A DNA stretch of 64,000 nucleotides from an uncultured Chitinophaga sp. (GTDB taxonomy: Bacteria > Bacteroidota > Bacteroidia > NS11-12g > UBA955). The DNA lies in NCBI GenBank assembly GCA_964438995.1, contig CAYTMQ010000004.1:223688-287687 (forward strand). Direction: 5' to 3'. Position numbers and translations under genes: made by a program. Shown here in pieces: positions 9,494 to 20,832 of the stretch; within the stretch, counting starts at the first letter, position 1, and the number at the start of each line of letters is the position of its first letter. A model generated the notes under the pieces. The model saw only the letters and a program-made list of their open reading frames with translations, had not been told where the DNA came from and searched no databases.

Positions 9494-11976
9494 TTTTTTT
9501 CTGTATTGATATCTATATGCAAATCTAAAGGATTTTTTACCTTTTCGTTTAACAATGCGATATCTAAAACTTCTAACATATTTTTAACGTAGTGAAATTT
9601 GACACCCTTCAAATAGTTTTGAGGGATATCATCTACATCCTTTTTATTCTCATGACACATGATGATGTCTTTGATACCAGCGCGTTTGGCTGCAAGTATT
9701 TTCTCTTTAATTCCTCCAACTGGCAACACCCTTCCTCTTAAAGTTATTTCGCCAGTCATAGCAAGAAAAGGTTTTATTTTTCTTTGTGTAAACAATGAAG
9801 CTAAAGATGTCAATATGGTAATACCAGCACTAGGACCATCCTTAGGTATTGCGCCAGCTGGAAAGTGAATGTGTGTATCCCAATGGTTGAATACTTTATA
9901 ATCAATATCTAAATAATCAGCATTTGCTTTCAAGAATGTCATTGCTGTAGTAGCACTTTCTTTCATCACCTCTCCTAGTTTACCCGTTAAGGTCAAACCA
10001 CCTTTACCTCTTGTCAATGTACTTTCAACAAATAAAATACTACCACCAACTGGACTCCAAGCCAAACCTGTCACAACACCAGCAGTATCATTGTCTTGAT
10101 AAATCTCTTTTTCTAGCTTTTCAACTCCCAAAATTTTCTCAATATCTTCTTTTGATAAATTTGGATTGAACTCTTCTTCACCTGCAATAAGCATTGCATT
10201 ATGGCGCACCAAAGCAGCAATTTTCTTCTCTAAATTACGCACGCCACTTTCTCTTGTGTACTCTTCAACAACAGACTCAATCACATCATTCGATAATTTA
10301 AACTGAGTGGCTTTTAAACCATGCATGGTGCGTTGTTTTGGAATCAAATATTTTTGTGCTATCTGAACTTTTTCTTCAACTGTATAACCACTGATTTCAA
10401 TGATTTCCATTCTATCCAATAGAGCCGGCTGAATGGTATCCAAAGAATTAGCTGTAGCAATAAACATCACTTTACTTAAGTCGTAATCCAATTCTAAGTA
10501 ATTATCGTGGAAGGTTGTATTTTGTTCTGGGTCCAATACCTCTAACAAAGCAGAAGACGGGTCGCCTTTAAAATCATTACCTACTTTATCGATTTCATCC
10601 AAAACAAAAACAGGATTTCCTGATTTCACTTTTTTAAGATTTTGAATGATTCTGCCAGGCATAGCACCAATGTATGTTTTTCTATGTCCTCTAATTTCAG
10701 ATTCATCATGCAGGCCACCAAGCGATACCCTTACATATTTTCTACCAATGGCTTTGGCAATGCTCTTACCAAGTGATGTTTTACCAACACCTGGAGGTCC
10801 GTACAAACAAATGATTGGACTTTTCAAATCACCTTTAAGTTTGATGACAGCAAGGTATTCAAGAATTCTTTGCTTCACTTTTTCTAAACCAAAATGGTCA
10901 GAATCCAAAACCTTCTTCGCCTTTTTGATGTCGAGATTGTCTTTAGTAAAGTCGTTCCAAGGTAAATCCAATAAGGTTTGAGCGTAATTTAAACTCACAG
11001 AATAATCAGGACTAGCAGGATTGATTCTTAAAAGTTTATCCAATTCTTTGTTAAAGGCCTCATTGATGTCTTTCAACCATTTTTTCTTAGCACCTCTTTC
11101 GCGCAGACTCTGGATTTCTTTATCTGGACTGTCATGACCAAGTTCTTCTTGAATAGCGCGAATTTGTTGTTGTAAGAAATATTCTTTTTGTTGCTTGTCT
11201 ATATCAACCTTAACTTTACTTTGAATTTGGTCTTTAAGTTTTAAGATTTGATTCTCCCTAACCAAATGTTCAAACACCATAGAAGCTCTTTCTTTAAGCG
11301 TCTTAGAATTCAAAATTTGTTGTTTCTCTGCTAGAGAGATGTTCATATTTGAAGCGATAAAACTTACAAGGAAGTTATCACTGTCAATATTTCTCAATGC
11401 AAAATTGGCTTCAGATGGAATGTTTGGAGAAAGCTCAATATTTTCTGCAGCAATGTCTTTGATGCTGCTAATTAATGCCTTGATTTCTTTATCGATAATG
11501 ATGTTTTCGATTTCAATAGGTGTGACATAGGCTGTAAGATATGGCTCTGTAGAGATTTCTTTACCAAGTTCAATTTTTCTTTTACCTTGAATGATGGCTG
11601 TTGTGTTACCATCAGGCATTCTTAAAATCTTTATGATTTGAGCCATGGTACCAGTAGAGTTCAAATCATTGATGCTTGGCTCTTCGGTATCAGGATCTTT
11701 TTGCGCAAATACACCAATTATTTTATCACCCTTGTTGGCGTCTTTTATCAGCTTAATAGATTTATCTCTTCCAACGGTAATTGGAAAAACAACGCCCGGA
11801 AATAAAACCGTATTTCTTATCGGTAAAATTGGCAGACTCTCAGGCACATTTAACTTATTACTCTCCTTCTCTTCTTGTTGTGAAAACAACGGAAACAAGT
11901 CACTTCCACTTTCTGAATCCTCAGCGTCTAAATGACCTCCAAATACTAACTTGTTATAATTCATATATAAAAACAA
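9490..11976 (-). CDS. lon: ATP-dependent protease Lon (La)
   Basis: Lon N-domain; Walker [10 protein letters not shown]; catalytic [11 protein letters not shown]; conserved K in [14 protein letters not shown]. Confidence 0.95.
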   Translation of the reverse strand: MFLYMNYNKLVFGGHLDAEDSESGSDLFPLFSQQEEKESNKLNVPESLPILPIRNTVLFPGVVFPITVGRDKSIKLIKDANKGDKIIGVFAQKDPDTEEPSINDLNSTGTMAQIIKILRMPDGNTTAIIQGKRKIELGKEISTEPYLTAYVTPIEIENIIIDKEIKALISSIKDIAAENIELSPNIPSEANFALRNIDSDNFLVSFIASNMNISLAEKQQILNSKTLKERASMVFEHLVRENQILKLKDQIQSKVKVDIDKQQKEYFLQQQIRAIQEELGHDSPDKEIQSLRERGAKKKWLKDINEAFNKELDKLLRINPASPDYSVSLNYAQTLLDLPWNDFTKDNLDIKKAKKVLDSDHFGLEKVKQRILEYLAVIKLKGDLKSPIICLYGPPGVGKTSLGKSIAKAIGRKYVRVSLGGLHDESEIRGHRKTYIGAMPGRIIQNLKKVKSGNPVFVLDEIDKVGNDFKGDPSSALLEVLDPEQNTTFHDNYLELDYDLSKVMFIATANSLDTIQPALLDRMEIIEISGYTVEEKVQIAQKYLIPKQRTMHGLKATQFKLSNDVIESVVEEYTRESGVRNLEKKIAALVRHNAMLIAGEEEFNPNLSKEDIEKILGVEKLEKEIYQDNDTAGVVTGLAWSPVGGSILFVESTLTRGKGGLTLTGKLGEVMKESATTAMTFLKANADYLDIDYKVFNHWDTHIHFPAGAIPKDGPSAGITILTSLASLFTQRKIKPFLAMTGEITLRGRVLPVGGIKEKILAAKRAGIKDIIMCHENKKDVDDIPQNYLKGVKFHYVKNMLEVLDIALLNEKVKNPLDLHIDINTEKK

Positions 11977-12116
11977 CTATGATACTCAATACTTGTACCA
12001 TTAAACAAATATATGACAAAAAGTACGTCCATAACAGTCATATTTTGGCATAATGCACTTAAATTTTACCAAATAAGGATTATTTCATACGAAAGTGTTT
12101 ATTTTGATATTTTAAA

Positions 12117-12917
12117 ATGGAAACATCAGATAACTACTTAGAGGTCAACAAAAATGCCTGGAACCAAAAGACAGAAATTCATATTGGATCTGATTTTTAT
12201 GATATGCCATCTTTTATCTCTGGTAAGAATGTACTACCAGATTTAGACATTGAAATGCTAGGCAACATCAATGGCAAAGACATACTCCATTTACAATGTC
12301 ATTTCGGTCAAGATACTATTAGTATGAGCAGAATGGGCGCCAATGTAACGGGAGTTGACTTATCTGATAAAGCCATAGAAACAGCGCGCAAATTAGCAAC
12401 GCAATGCTACACCAATACCAAGTTTGTGTGTTGCGATGTGTATTCAGCTCCTCAAAACATATCTCAACAATTTGATGTCGTTTATACATCATATGGCACC
12501 ATTGGATGGTTACCAGACATACAAGCTTGGGCAAAAGTTGTAGCTCATTTTCTCAAACCTGGCGCTGAGTTTATATTTGCGGATTTTCATCCTGTCATTT
12601 GGATGTTCGATAACGATTTAAAAGAAGTGACCTATTCGTATTTCAATAAAGAAACCATTGTTGAAGAAATACAAGGCACATATGCTGATAAAAATGCGGA
12701 TATTACCACCAAAACTATATCATGGAACCATGGATTGTCAGAGGTTATGCAAGCTTTAATCAACGAAGGATTAGAAATAGTGCATTTTAAAGAATTTGAC
12801 TACTCGCCTTATAACTGCTTTTCAGATATGGAAGAGTTCGAACCTGGTAAATTTAGATTCGCAAAATACAGCAATAAACTACCAGTGATGTATGCCTTAA
12901 AGGCAATAAAGAAGTGA
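12117..12917 (+). CDS. class I SAM-dependent methyltransferase
   Basis: Motif I-like DILHLQCHFGQD ... GANVTGVDLSDKAIETARK. Confidence 0.65.
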   Translation: METSDNYLEVNKNAWNQKTEIHIGSDFYDMPSFISGKNVLPDLDIEMLGNINGKDILHLQCHFGQDTISMSRMGANVTGVDLSDKAIETARKLATQCYTNTKFVCCDVYSAPQNISQQFDVVYTSYGTIGWLPDIQAWAKVVAHFLKPGAEFIFADFHPVIWMFDNDLKEVTYSYFNKETIVEEIQGTYADKNADITTKTISWNHGLSEVMQALINEGLEIVHFKEFDYSPYNCFSDMEEFEPGKFRFAKYSNKLPVMYALKAIKK

Positions 12918-12920
12918 GAC

Positions 12921-13616
12921 TTATTTGTTTAATTCAATAAATCTTTCGATATCAATTTCTTTGCCCATGATGATGATTTCATCTTGAGCATAGATAACAG
13001 TATTGTCTTGAACAACACCTAGCAAGTGACGCTCGAATTCAACACCATTGCGTTTATCAACTTCGTAAAGACGTTTGATGGTGATAAGGCGCAAATTGTA
13101 TTTAACATCGAATTCGATTTTATCTACAGATAGGTTAACGATGCCTTTAGGTGCTTGTATTTCGGCGATTTCATACCCATCAGGTAATTGCAAAAAAGTT
13201 TTAACACTAGGGTGAATGAGACGTTCGGCAACAAGAATACCAACCTCTTCTTCAGGAGATAGTGTTTCTGTGATACCAAGTTTTTCAAGGATTAATTTCT
13301 GGTGAGGAGAACCAGCTCTTGCGATGATACGTTTGATTTTAAGTTCTAATAGGTTTACCACAGTTAGAATAAGTGCTTCAAAGTTTTCGCCAATGGCCAC
13401 CACAACGGCATCCATTTCTTCAATTTTGAAGCTTTTCAAAGCATTCATTTCAGTAGCATCCATGGTTATGGCCATTGCTACATCTTCTTTTAACACTTCA
13501 ACTTTGTCTTCGTTATCATCAATTGCCACAACTTCTGCCCCTCTACGAGATAACTGCCTGGCGATTTTTCCTCCAAATCTACCAAGACCGATAACGGCGA
13601 ATTTTGCTTTTATCAT
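12921..13616 (-). CDS. trkA: TrkA/KtrA-type K+ transport NAD-binding subunit
   Basis: KFAVIGLGRFGGKIARQL Rossmann GxGxxG, then a TrkA-C domain. Confidence 0.85.
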   Translation of the reverse strand: MIKAKFAVIGLGRFGGKIARQLSRRGAEVVAIDDNEDKVEVLKEDVAMAITMDATEMNALKSFKIEEMDAVVVAIGENFEALILTVVNLLELKIKRIIARAGSPHQKLILEKLGITETLSPEEEVGILVAERLIHPSVKTFLQLPDGYEIAEIQAPKGIVNLSVDKIEFDVKYNLRLITIKRLYEVDKRNGVEFERHLLGVVQDNTVIYAQDEIIIMGKEIDIERFIELNK

Positions 13617-13767
13617 TTCAATGCAAAATTAATCGCATAATTCATTTTTAAAACAGATTTTTTAACACCAATGTTCAAAACCCCTTAAATCATCGACAAA
13701 AATTTAAACGAATATAAACGTTTAATAAACGACTGTTAAAGGATAAGCAACATAGTTTTGTATCCGA

Positions 13768-14553
13768 ATGCGACTGCTTCCAATCTTTTTTATACTGTTT
13801 ACACATTCCGTAATGGCTCAGATCACCATACATGCGGCTGGTTCTGAAAATTATGCGTTATGTAATATGTATCTATTTGGAAGCAAAACATTCAGGGTTG
13901 CCAATGCGGTTGGTTCAGCATACATAAGTGGATCTAATAATTCATTTTCCTTCTGCATTGTGCAACCTTATATTCAATCTGAATACATGCAATTAGATTG
14001 CGCAGTAACCAAACACTACAAGTACTTAATTGGTGGGTTGTATACAAAATTCATTCATGTGTATGATGTATCACAAATTACCTTTGGCAACGGATACCAA
14101 TTTAAAACCCATCCAAAACTAAATCTAGGGTTTCAAATGGAAGGTTCTTATTTCAGTATTCAACATCAAGAAAACAATTTCAATGTAGCATTAAAATTTT
14201 CGGCAGTATATCAACATTCTGATAAATTAAAGTCTGCTGTTCTCTTTGGTATTCCCATCCCTAATCGCAACAAGGCTATACTTTTTTGCACAGCTTTACA
14301 ATACAATATCTCAGAAAAAATCATAGGTTTAACAGAAATCGAATTGGACCATCAATTTGACCCTATTATTAAAATGGGCATTAACACTCAACTCAATGAA
14401 GAATGGGGATTATTAAATGCTATAAGTTTACAAAGACATACAATTGGCTTTGGATTAAAACGTTCAAATAAAAAGTTCCAATATATATTAGGCATTAACT
14501 ATCATCAAAACTTAGGCACTGGAAGTTCAATAGAAGTACAATATGTTTGGTAA
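13768..14553 (+). CDS. hypothetical outer-membrane protein
   Basis: Signal peptide ...VMAQ; ends ...VQYVW; 11-nt overlap with the next gene. Confidence 0.35.
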   Translation: MRLLPIFFILFTHSVMAQITIHAAGSENYALCNMYLFGSKTFRVANAVGSAYISGSNNSFSFCIVQPYIQSEYMQLDCAVTKHYKYLIGGLYTKFIHVYDVSQITFGNGYQFKTHPKLNLGFQMEGSYFSIQHQENNFNVALKFSAVYQHSDKLKSAVLFGIPIPNRNKAILFCTALQYNISEKIIGLTEIELDHQFDPIIKMGINTQLNEEWGLLNAISLQRHTIGFGLKRSNKKFQYILGINYHQNLGTGSSIEVQYVW

Positions 14554-16501
14554 ACTATGTTGTCTAATCATATTGATGCCATTTACAATGAAAGCCCAAG
14601 ACAGTGAACTTGAATTTTCATCATTACAAACTTTTTCAGATGAACTTTCAGGCATTGACACTAATTACTACATCGAATATTTACCTTTAAACAAAACCAA
14701 TATTAATTATTCTGATGAAGCCGAATTGGCAGAACGATTAAAACTTAAATTGCCCTTGGTTAAGTCCATTCTTGAACACATTAAAGTGTATGGTCGATTG
14801 CGTTCTAAATACGAACTGCAACAGATTGATGGTTTGGATGTTCAAACTATTAAGTCCATTCAACAATATGTCGAATTGGAAGAACATATATTAGATGTTG
14901 TAAAAAATGGCATCAAACTTCCCTATCAGAGTCATCAATTGGTCGTACAATCTGAAAGAAAGGTGATAAAAAGTAAAGCTTATGCGATTGAAAATGGGTA
15001 CCTTGGTTCTGTATTTAAAGGATCATTTAGATATACATCCAATTTAAATGAACACATTTCTCTTGGATTCTCAGCTCACAAAGATGCTGGAGAACCAATT
15101 GAGTTTGGTCACGTTTCATTTTATATTAAACTTAAAAATTTCAAGAAATTCAATGAAGTAATCATTGGCAATTACCAATTGCAATTTGGTCAAGGACTTT
15201 GTATAGGAAATGCACTTCCACCAATAAAGTCATTGGCGACAACTTCCCTTATTTCAATTAAAGAAGGTATTTATGCTTCTTTATCCAATAGTGCATCATT
15301 GTCTGCCAGAGGATTTGCGTTTACATATAGAGTTTCTAAAAAAATTCAATGGACATCCTCGTATTCCAGTAAATTGGCTGAAGCAAAAATCGAAAGTTCA
15401 GATGGTATTGCAAATGAAATTGGAAAAATACAAACCGTTAATACCTATAGAACATCCAATGAAATCAACCAAAAAGCTTCAATAAAATCTATTGACGTCA
15501 ACAATAGATTGCAATTAAAACACCATGCATTTCATATTGGATTATCTCAATCAACCCATTTAAAACAGGTCAGGTTGATGCCATCAATTTCCTCTGCTTT
15601 GCACTTGATTGGAATTGACTCAAGAATTCAATTTAACAATACATTATTCTTTAGTGAACTTTGCCATCAATTGCACACCAAAGAACTTGCAATAGTGATT
15701 GGTTCAATCGTTAGACTTGATAAACACAATGACTTTGGCATTCATTACAGAAATTTCAGTTCCAATTTTAACGGTGAATATTCTAATGCAATTTCTAACA
15801 ACAACTGCCAAAACGAACAAGGATTGCTGATCAATTACAACCTAAAACTTCAACATAATTCTAACTTACAGATGTACGTTGACATGTATAAAAATCCATT
15901 AGAAAAATACCGGGTCAATGGTAGCAATATCGGGCATAACTTTAACATAGAATACCAATACTCTAAGCGCAATTTGCATGATGTTTCAATCAGATATCGG
16001 CAAACCAATAATTTCATCAATCAATCAAATGATGACCCAATTTTGGCTTTGATCAACAGAGAAAATAAAAGTCTAAGATTTCAGGTGAACAACCAAATCA
16101 ATAAACAATTCATCCTAAAACAAAGGTTGGAGTTTTCGTGGTATCAGTCTGGTCAAGATAGCATTAAAAAAGGCTTTTTGTTTTATACAGAAGTTCAAAA
16201 CAATTGCTTAAAAAAAATAAAAATTTGTAGCAGAGCAACCGTCTTCTCTGTCGAAGATTACAATTGCAGAATCTATGCCTTCGAAAAAGATTTGAGTTCT
16301 ACTTTTAAAATGAATGCTTGGCAAAATAAAGGTTATTCTTACTATTTATTATTCCAATATCATGTGAACAAGAAATTTGAAATTAAAACTAAATTTGCAG
16401 GCGTTCGTTATTTCAATGTTCCAAGTATTGGTTCTGGTCTCGACCAGATCAATAGCAATCGACAACAAGAAATAAAAATAGAACTTAAGTATAAGATATG
16501 A
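14543..16501 (+). CDS. large hypothetical exported protein with a possible helix-hairpin-helix motif
   Basis: Signal peptide; ...ELQQIDGLDVQTIKSIQQYV is HhH-like (weak). Confidence 0.35.
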   Translation: MFGKLCCLIILMPFTMKAQDSELEFSSLQTFSDELSGIDTNYYIEYLPLNKTNINYSDEAELAERLKLKLPLVKSILEHIKVYGRLRSKYELQQIDGLDVQTIKSIQQYVELEEHILDVVKNGIKLPYQSHQLVVQSERKVIKSKAYAIENGYLGSVFKGSFRYTSNLNEHISLGFSAHKDAGEPIEFGHVSFYIKLKNFKKFNEVIIGNYQLQFGQGLCIGNALPPIKSLATTSLISIKEGIYASLSNSASLSARGFAFTYRVSKKIQWTSSYSSKLAEAKIESSDGIANEIGKIQTVNTYRTSNEINQKASIKSIDVNNRLQLKHHAFHIGLSQSTHLKQVRLMPSISSALHLIGIDSRIQFNNTLFFSELCHQLHTKELAIVIGSIVRLDKHNDFGIHYRNFSSNFNGEYSNAISNNNCQNEQGLLINYNLKLQHNSNLQMYVDMYKNPLEKYRVNGSNIGHNFNIEYQYSKRNLHDVSIRYRQTNNFINQSNDDPILALINRENKSLRFQVNNQINKQFILKQRLEFSWYQSGQDSIKKGFLFYTEVQNNCLKKIKICSRATVFSVEDYNCRIYAFEKDLSSTFKMNAWQNKGYSYYLLFQYHVNKKFEIKTKFAGVRYFNVPSIGSGLDQINSNRQQEIKIELKYKI

Positions 16502-17211
16502 CCAAATTAAGTGTAAACATCAACAAACTGGCAACCATTAGAAACTCTAGAGGTGGCAATAATCCCGACGTGGTAAAGTATGCGCAAAAAATCGAATCTT
16601 ACGGTGCTCATGGTATCACCATTCACCCTCGACCAGATCAAAGGCATATTAGATTTGAAGATGTATACGCTTTAAAAAAAGTGGTTACTGCCGAATACAA
16701 TATTGAAGGTTACCCATCCGAAGATTTTATTCAAATGGTTCTAGAGGTGCAACCAACTCAAGTCACCTTAGTGCCAGACCCACCTCATGTCTTAACGAGT
16801 AATAACGGTTGGGATACCATTACCCATCAAGATTTTTTGAAATCAACAATAGAAAGATTTCATCAAGCTGGCATTAGGACCAGTATATTTCTGAATCCAG
16901 ACCCAGGTATGGTGGCATCTGCAAAAGCAACAGGTACAGATAGGATTGAATTGTATACAGAGGCGTATGCTTCAAACTTCTTTAATGGGAAAGAAGATGC
17001 CATTTCAGCTTATGTAGAAACGGCAAAAGCAGCTAATGCATTAGGTTTAGGCATCAATGCTGGTCACGATTTGGATTTGCACAATCTTAAGTACTTTGCA
17101 CAAAATATCCCTAATTTATTGGAGGTGAGCATTGGTCATGCTTTGATTTGTGATGCCTTAGAATTTGGCATGGAGAATACCGTTAAAATGTATTTGAATC
17201 AGCTAAAGTAA
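16498..17211 (+). CDS. pdxJ: pyridoxine 5'-phosphate synthase
   Basis: KLSVNINKLATIRNSRGGNNPDV ... HGITIHPRPDQRHI. Confidence 0.95.
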   Translation: MTKLSVNINKLATIRNSRGGNNPDVVKYAQKIESYGAHGITIHPRPDQRHIRFEDVYALKKVVTAEYNIEGYPSEDFIQMVLEVQPTQVTLVPDPPHVLTSNNGWDTITHQDFLKSTIERFHQAGIRTSIFLNPDPGMVASAKATGTDRIELYTEAYASNFFNGKEDAISAYVETAKAANALGLGINAGHDLDLHNLKYFAQNIPNLLEVSIGHALICDALEFGMENTVKMYLNQLK

Positions 17212-17782
17212 GCTGTTTGTGCAAGGCTAACACTTGTTCTATAAGAGAATGCTGCATATCGTTGTAGATCACGACATCTGCCAATTGTAATTTCTCCTCT
17301 TCTGGCATTTGCATGACCATTCTAGCTTTAATGGTTGCGGCATCTACCCCATCGCGTTTCATTACGCGTTCTAATCTGATATCTTTAGGCGCATACACCA
17401 AAGCTACTTTATCTATTGTTTGTTTGCTATCGGTTTCTAGCATGATAGCTGCCTCTTTGATGATATAAGGCAAATGTTGATACTGTTGACAGTACTGTTC
17501 CCAATCGTTTAAAACGTGAGGATGAATGATGTTGTTGAGGATTTCAAGTTTTGCTTTATCGGCGAATACGACAGACGCAATATACGCTCTATTGTATTCG
17601 CCATTGATAAAAGCGTCTTCGCCAAAAGTCTGAATGAGTTCTTGACGAAGTTGAAGATTTTGAGCTACGATTTCTTTAGCTCTAATATCAGCGTAATAGA
17701 CAGGAACACCAAGGGATTCAAATATTTTGCAAACGGTTGTTTTACCGCTACCTATGCCTCCAGTGATACCCAGTCTAAGCAT
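17183..17782 (-). CDS. coaE: dephospho-CoA kinase
   Basis: LGITGGIGSGKTTV P-loop with CoaE architecture. Confidence 0.9.
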   Translation of the reverse strand: MLRLGITGGIGSGKTTVCKIFESLGVPVYYADIRAKEIVAQNLQLRQELIQTFGEDAFINGEYNRAYIASVVFADKAKLEILNNIIHPHVLNDWEQYCQQYQHLPYIIKEAAIMLETDSKQTIDKVALVYAPKDIRLERVMKRDGVDAATIKARMVMQMPEEEKLQLADVVIYNDMQHSLIEQVLALHKQLTLADSNTF

Positions 17783-17790
17783 TCCTAGAA

Positions 17791-18114
17791 TTAAGCTTTA
17801 GCAGCGCTGTTCAATTTAGAACTCAATTCAGATGAAATCGCAGATTTTTCAATTTTCATTCTGCTGCCTTCTGAGTTGATAACAACGGTAGTACCAGTTT
17901 CGTCGATAGATTCAACTTTACCATGTAAACCGCCAGTAGTAACGATCAAATCACCTTTTTTAAGTTCTTCTACGTATTTCTTTTGTTCTTTGATTTTCTT
18001 TTGTTGAGGACGTACCATGAAGAAGTAAAACACGATGAAAATCAATCCCATCATGATGATAGTACCTTTAATGTCTCCGCCTTGAGCTTGGAGTGTGATG
18101 AATAAATATTGCAT
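17791..18114 (-). CDS. yajC: preprotein translocase subunit YajC
   Basis: Single TM, then KKGDLIVTTGGLHGKVESIDE. Confidence 0.9.
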   Translation of the reverse strand: MQYLFITLQAQGGDIKGTIIMMGLIFIVFYFFMVRPQQKKIKEQKKYVEELKKGDLIVTTGGLHGKVESIDETGTTVVINSEGSRMKIEKSAISSELSSKLNSAAKA

Positions 18115-18120
18115 TATTGA

Positions 18121-18609
18121 TTAATTGTTGTTACCTGGATTAATGGCTCTTACGTTTGCTGTAAATTTCAATTCAGTTTTACCTCCTTGTATATTTGCAA
18201 ATACTGTAACGATTTTGTTGTTGGTTCCTGATTTACCAGCGCTGTTAAATACGACTTTAATCTCGCCTTTTTCGCCTGGTTTTATTGGTTGTCTTGGCCA
18301 ATCTGGGACAGTGCATCCGCATTGAGCTTCACATTTGCTGATCAACAAATCAACTTTACCTTCGTTCACAAATTCGTAAACTGTTTCTACCGATTGGTTT
18401 TCTACAATGTCTCCAAAATGGTGATCTGTTTTGTTGAATTTCATAATGGCCAATTGAGATGGATCAACAACGGGTTGATCTGCTGTTGCTGGATTGGCTA
18501 TTTGTTCATTGGTAATTTCTGTTGAATTACCGTTGTCTGTTTTTTTAGCGTCGTTGTTACATGCAGTTAGAGCAAGAAGCAAACTTATACTTAAAACCAA
18601 ATGTTTCAT
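18121..18609 (-). CDS. DUF1573 lipoprotein (the six-frame ORF extends to 18651)
   Basis: Lipoprotein signal MKHLVLSISLLLALTAC preferred as the start; ...CEAQCGCTVPDWPRQPIKPGEKGEIKVVFN; sits between nusB and yajC. Confidence 0.75.
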   Translation of the reverse strand: MKHLVLSISLLLALTACNNDAKKTDNGNSTEITNEQIANPATADQPVVDPSQLAIMKFNKTDHHFGDIVENQSVETVYEFVNEGKVDLLISKCEAQCGCTVPDWPRQPIKPGEKGEIKVVFNSAGKSGTNNKIVTVFANIQGGKTELKFTANVRAINPGNNN

Positions 18610-18643
18610 ATTGTAAAAATTCTTTAGGCAAAAATAAAATGAA

Positions 18644-19588
18644 TTAGTCATTTTTCAAGCCTCTTCCGGTTTTATTTATTTTACCAGTTTGAGACAATAC
18701 AATTCTCACTTTATCCAACACCCCATTTAAGAACAAATGGCTTTTTGGTGTGCTGTATGATTTTGCGATGTCGAGATATTCGTTGATGGTTACTTTCGGT
18801 GGTATGGTTTCAAAATACAAGAACTCAGCTAAAGCCATTCTCAACATGATCATGTCGTTGATGGTTAAACGCTCTGAATCCCAGTTGGCCGTATTGTTTA
18901 AAATCAATTCGTCTAGAGTTTCTTTGTTGATAATACATTTTTCAAACAATTGCAATCCAAACTGTACATCTTCTCTTTGCTTATCTCCCATGCGCTCTAC
19001 TTTGAATCTATTTTTTTCGTAGAATCCAGTAATGGTGCTAATAACTGCTTTTAAAATATCAGCCGAATCGTCTTCCCAATTGATGTACTCGTCTTCCATG
19101 GCATTGTCAAACAATTCGAATTCGTTGAATAAAAACTCGTAAAGGTTAACCATAAAATCCTTTTGAACTTCAGGTGATGGTTCGTCGAACACCGAAAAAT
19201 CAGTAAAGAAATCGTATTGAACGATGTCTACAAAGACACTGTTAAACAATTCGCCATGTCTCTTCCAATCGTATGGTAATTTGCCACAAATCTCTTCAAA
19301 ATCTTGACTCTCATTTAATGCTTTAAAGAAGTCGACGCGTTTAAACACATCAGAATTTCTGATATGCGTTTTGTTAGGAAAGTATTTTTCTAATTCGATT
19401 TCTCTTTCACTTTCAAGAAAGGTATTAAAATCCTTTAAAAAGTGCAGAGCAAAGTAGTAAAACTTGTAGTAACTGTTAAATTGTTTGTCGAGTTGTTTTT
19501 GAAAAGCAGGAACTGATGTGGCATCCTGTTGTTGGAAAGCGTATAACTGCTGAAGAACTTTGATTCTGATATTCCTGCGCGATAACAT
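18644..19588 (-). CDS. nusB: transcription antitermination factor NusB, long Bacteroidota-type form
   Basis: N-terminal RRNIRIKVLQQLYAFQQ; C-terminal NusB fold ...TPKSHLFLNGVLDKV. Confidence 0.8.
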   Translation of the reverse strand: MLSRRNIRIKVLQQLYAFQQQDATSVPAFQKQLDKQFNSYYKFYYFALHFLKDFNTFLESEREIELEKYFPNKTHIRNSDVFKRVDFFKALNESQDFEEICGKLPYDWKRHGELFNSVFVDIVQYDFFTDFSVFDEPSPEVQKDFMVNLYEFLFNEFELFDNAMEDEYINWEDDSADILKAVISTITGFYEKNRFKVERMGDKQREDVQFGLQLFEKCIINKETLDELILNNTANWDSERLTINDMIMLRMALAEFLYFETIPPKVTINEYLDIAKSYSTPKSHLFLNGVLDKVRIVLSQTGKINKTGRGLKND

Positions 19589-19614
19589 TTATCTATGAAC
19601 GTATTTGAGGGGTG

Positions 19615-19622
19615 CAAAGATA
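19615..19622 (-). promoter_or_regulatory. candidate -7 box (TATCTTTG on the minus strand) for the nusB operon
   Basis: Matches the TAnnTTTG consensus; 26 nt upstream of the nusB ATG. Confidence 0.4.
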
Positions 19623-19660
19623 ATGGTTTTTATGAAGTAAACAATTATTTATTGGGGAAA

Positions 19661-19788
19661 GGATTTAGGAATTAGGATTTAGGATTTAGAGGGCTAACGC
19701 GAGATTAGAAATAAATCAAAAATCAAAAGTCAAAAGTCAAAAGATAAAAAAGGATTTAGGAATTAGGATTTAGAGAATAGTGGGCTAA
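19661..19788. repeat. two 36-bp direct repeats separated by (tcaaaag)n
   Basis: ggatttaggaattaggatttag...gggctaa appears at both 19661 and 19752. Confidence 0.8.
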
Positions 19789-20053
19789 AGCTAGCCATAA
19801 TGTGCAATTTTTCTTGTAGGGCGAAGGGCTGCGCCCGAGACAATCTAATTATCAATAACCATCACCACGAGCTACAGAGTATCGTCTTGTCAGGGACAAG
19901 ATATTAGCCCAGGTTGAATATTTTCAAAGAAAATGTGAGGCCTGGGGTTTCGTAGGTCAAGGGCATATCCGAGACAAAACACCCGACATAATGTAACCTC
20001 GTCAGCCTCAGGCTGACAGGATAATGTTTATTTTCCAGTCTTTTTTTGACATA

Positions 20054-20734
20054 TCAATCTTTAAATCTACCGATAATCTTATCAAGAATTGTATGGTCAT
20101 TTGTTGTTATAACGTCAATCTCATGCAATTTTTGAACCCATATGAATGGCAATTTTCTAATTTTAGTAATCCTGCCATCAAAGTCCATTTTAACCATTTT
20201 GCATAGTTTATTTGTGTCATCTTCTAGAAGGTAATCATATTTATCACCTTCAAATACAATAAGTGATTTTTCATCATTCAAAACTATCACGCTTCCATAG
20301 TTAGATTTTTCAATAACTAATTTCTCTTTGGTTTCAAGATGTATAAGATGACATCTTGGACTGGAATAAAATCTTGAACCATAGAGAACATATTGACCAA
20401 TTTTTTCTAATTTACTTATATAAAAACTGTCATGCTTATATACAATCATATTATCAATATATGTTCTTACATCTTCAGTCGAATCAAGTACAATATCATT
20501 ATTTAATAATACAATAGAATAGGTTTCAATATTTTGATGTTTGGTATTAAATCCTTTCAATTTAAATGTTGAATCATCATTATAGACATATAAAGTATCT
20601 ATATTAATCGCTTTTTGACGATTTTGCATTGAATCAATTATAGTATCCAAATGTTTTGTTTTTTTAGATGTGGTATTGATACATGACGTAACTAACAACA
20701 ACAATATAATCCAAAGCACTTCTATTTGCTTCAT
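20054..20734 (-). CDS. hypothetical lipoprotein
   Basis: Signal ...LLLVTSC; no domain recognised. Confidence 0.4.
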   Translation of the reverse strand: MKQIEVLWIILLLLVTSCINTTSKKTKHLDTIIDSMQNRQKAINIDTLYVYNDDSTFKLKGFNTKHQNIETYSIVLLNNDIVLDSTEDVRTYIDNMIVYKHDSFYISKLEKIGQYVLYGSRFYSSPRCHLIHLETKEKLVIEKSNYGSVIVLNDEKSLIVFEGDKYDYLLEDDTNKLCKMVKMDFDGRITKIRKLPFIWVQKLHEIDVITTNDHTILDKIIGRFKD

Positions 20735-20832
20735 AGTTTAAAATTCAATTATAGCTTTATTAAGTTGCATATTTAATATATAAATGTTTATGTTTAGTGC
20801 GAGTGAGAGAGTGTGTGTGAGTGGGAATATTT

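Noticed and set aside
14543-16501. ComEA-like DNA-uptake role for the 652-aa protein
   Set aside because: There is only a single weak HhH-like stretch and no other competence genes nearby. I keep it as hypothetical.
19661-19788. Possible CRISPR array
   Set aside because: Only two 36-bp repeat copies; the spacer is a simple (tcaaaag)n microsatellite; no cas genes in the window.
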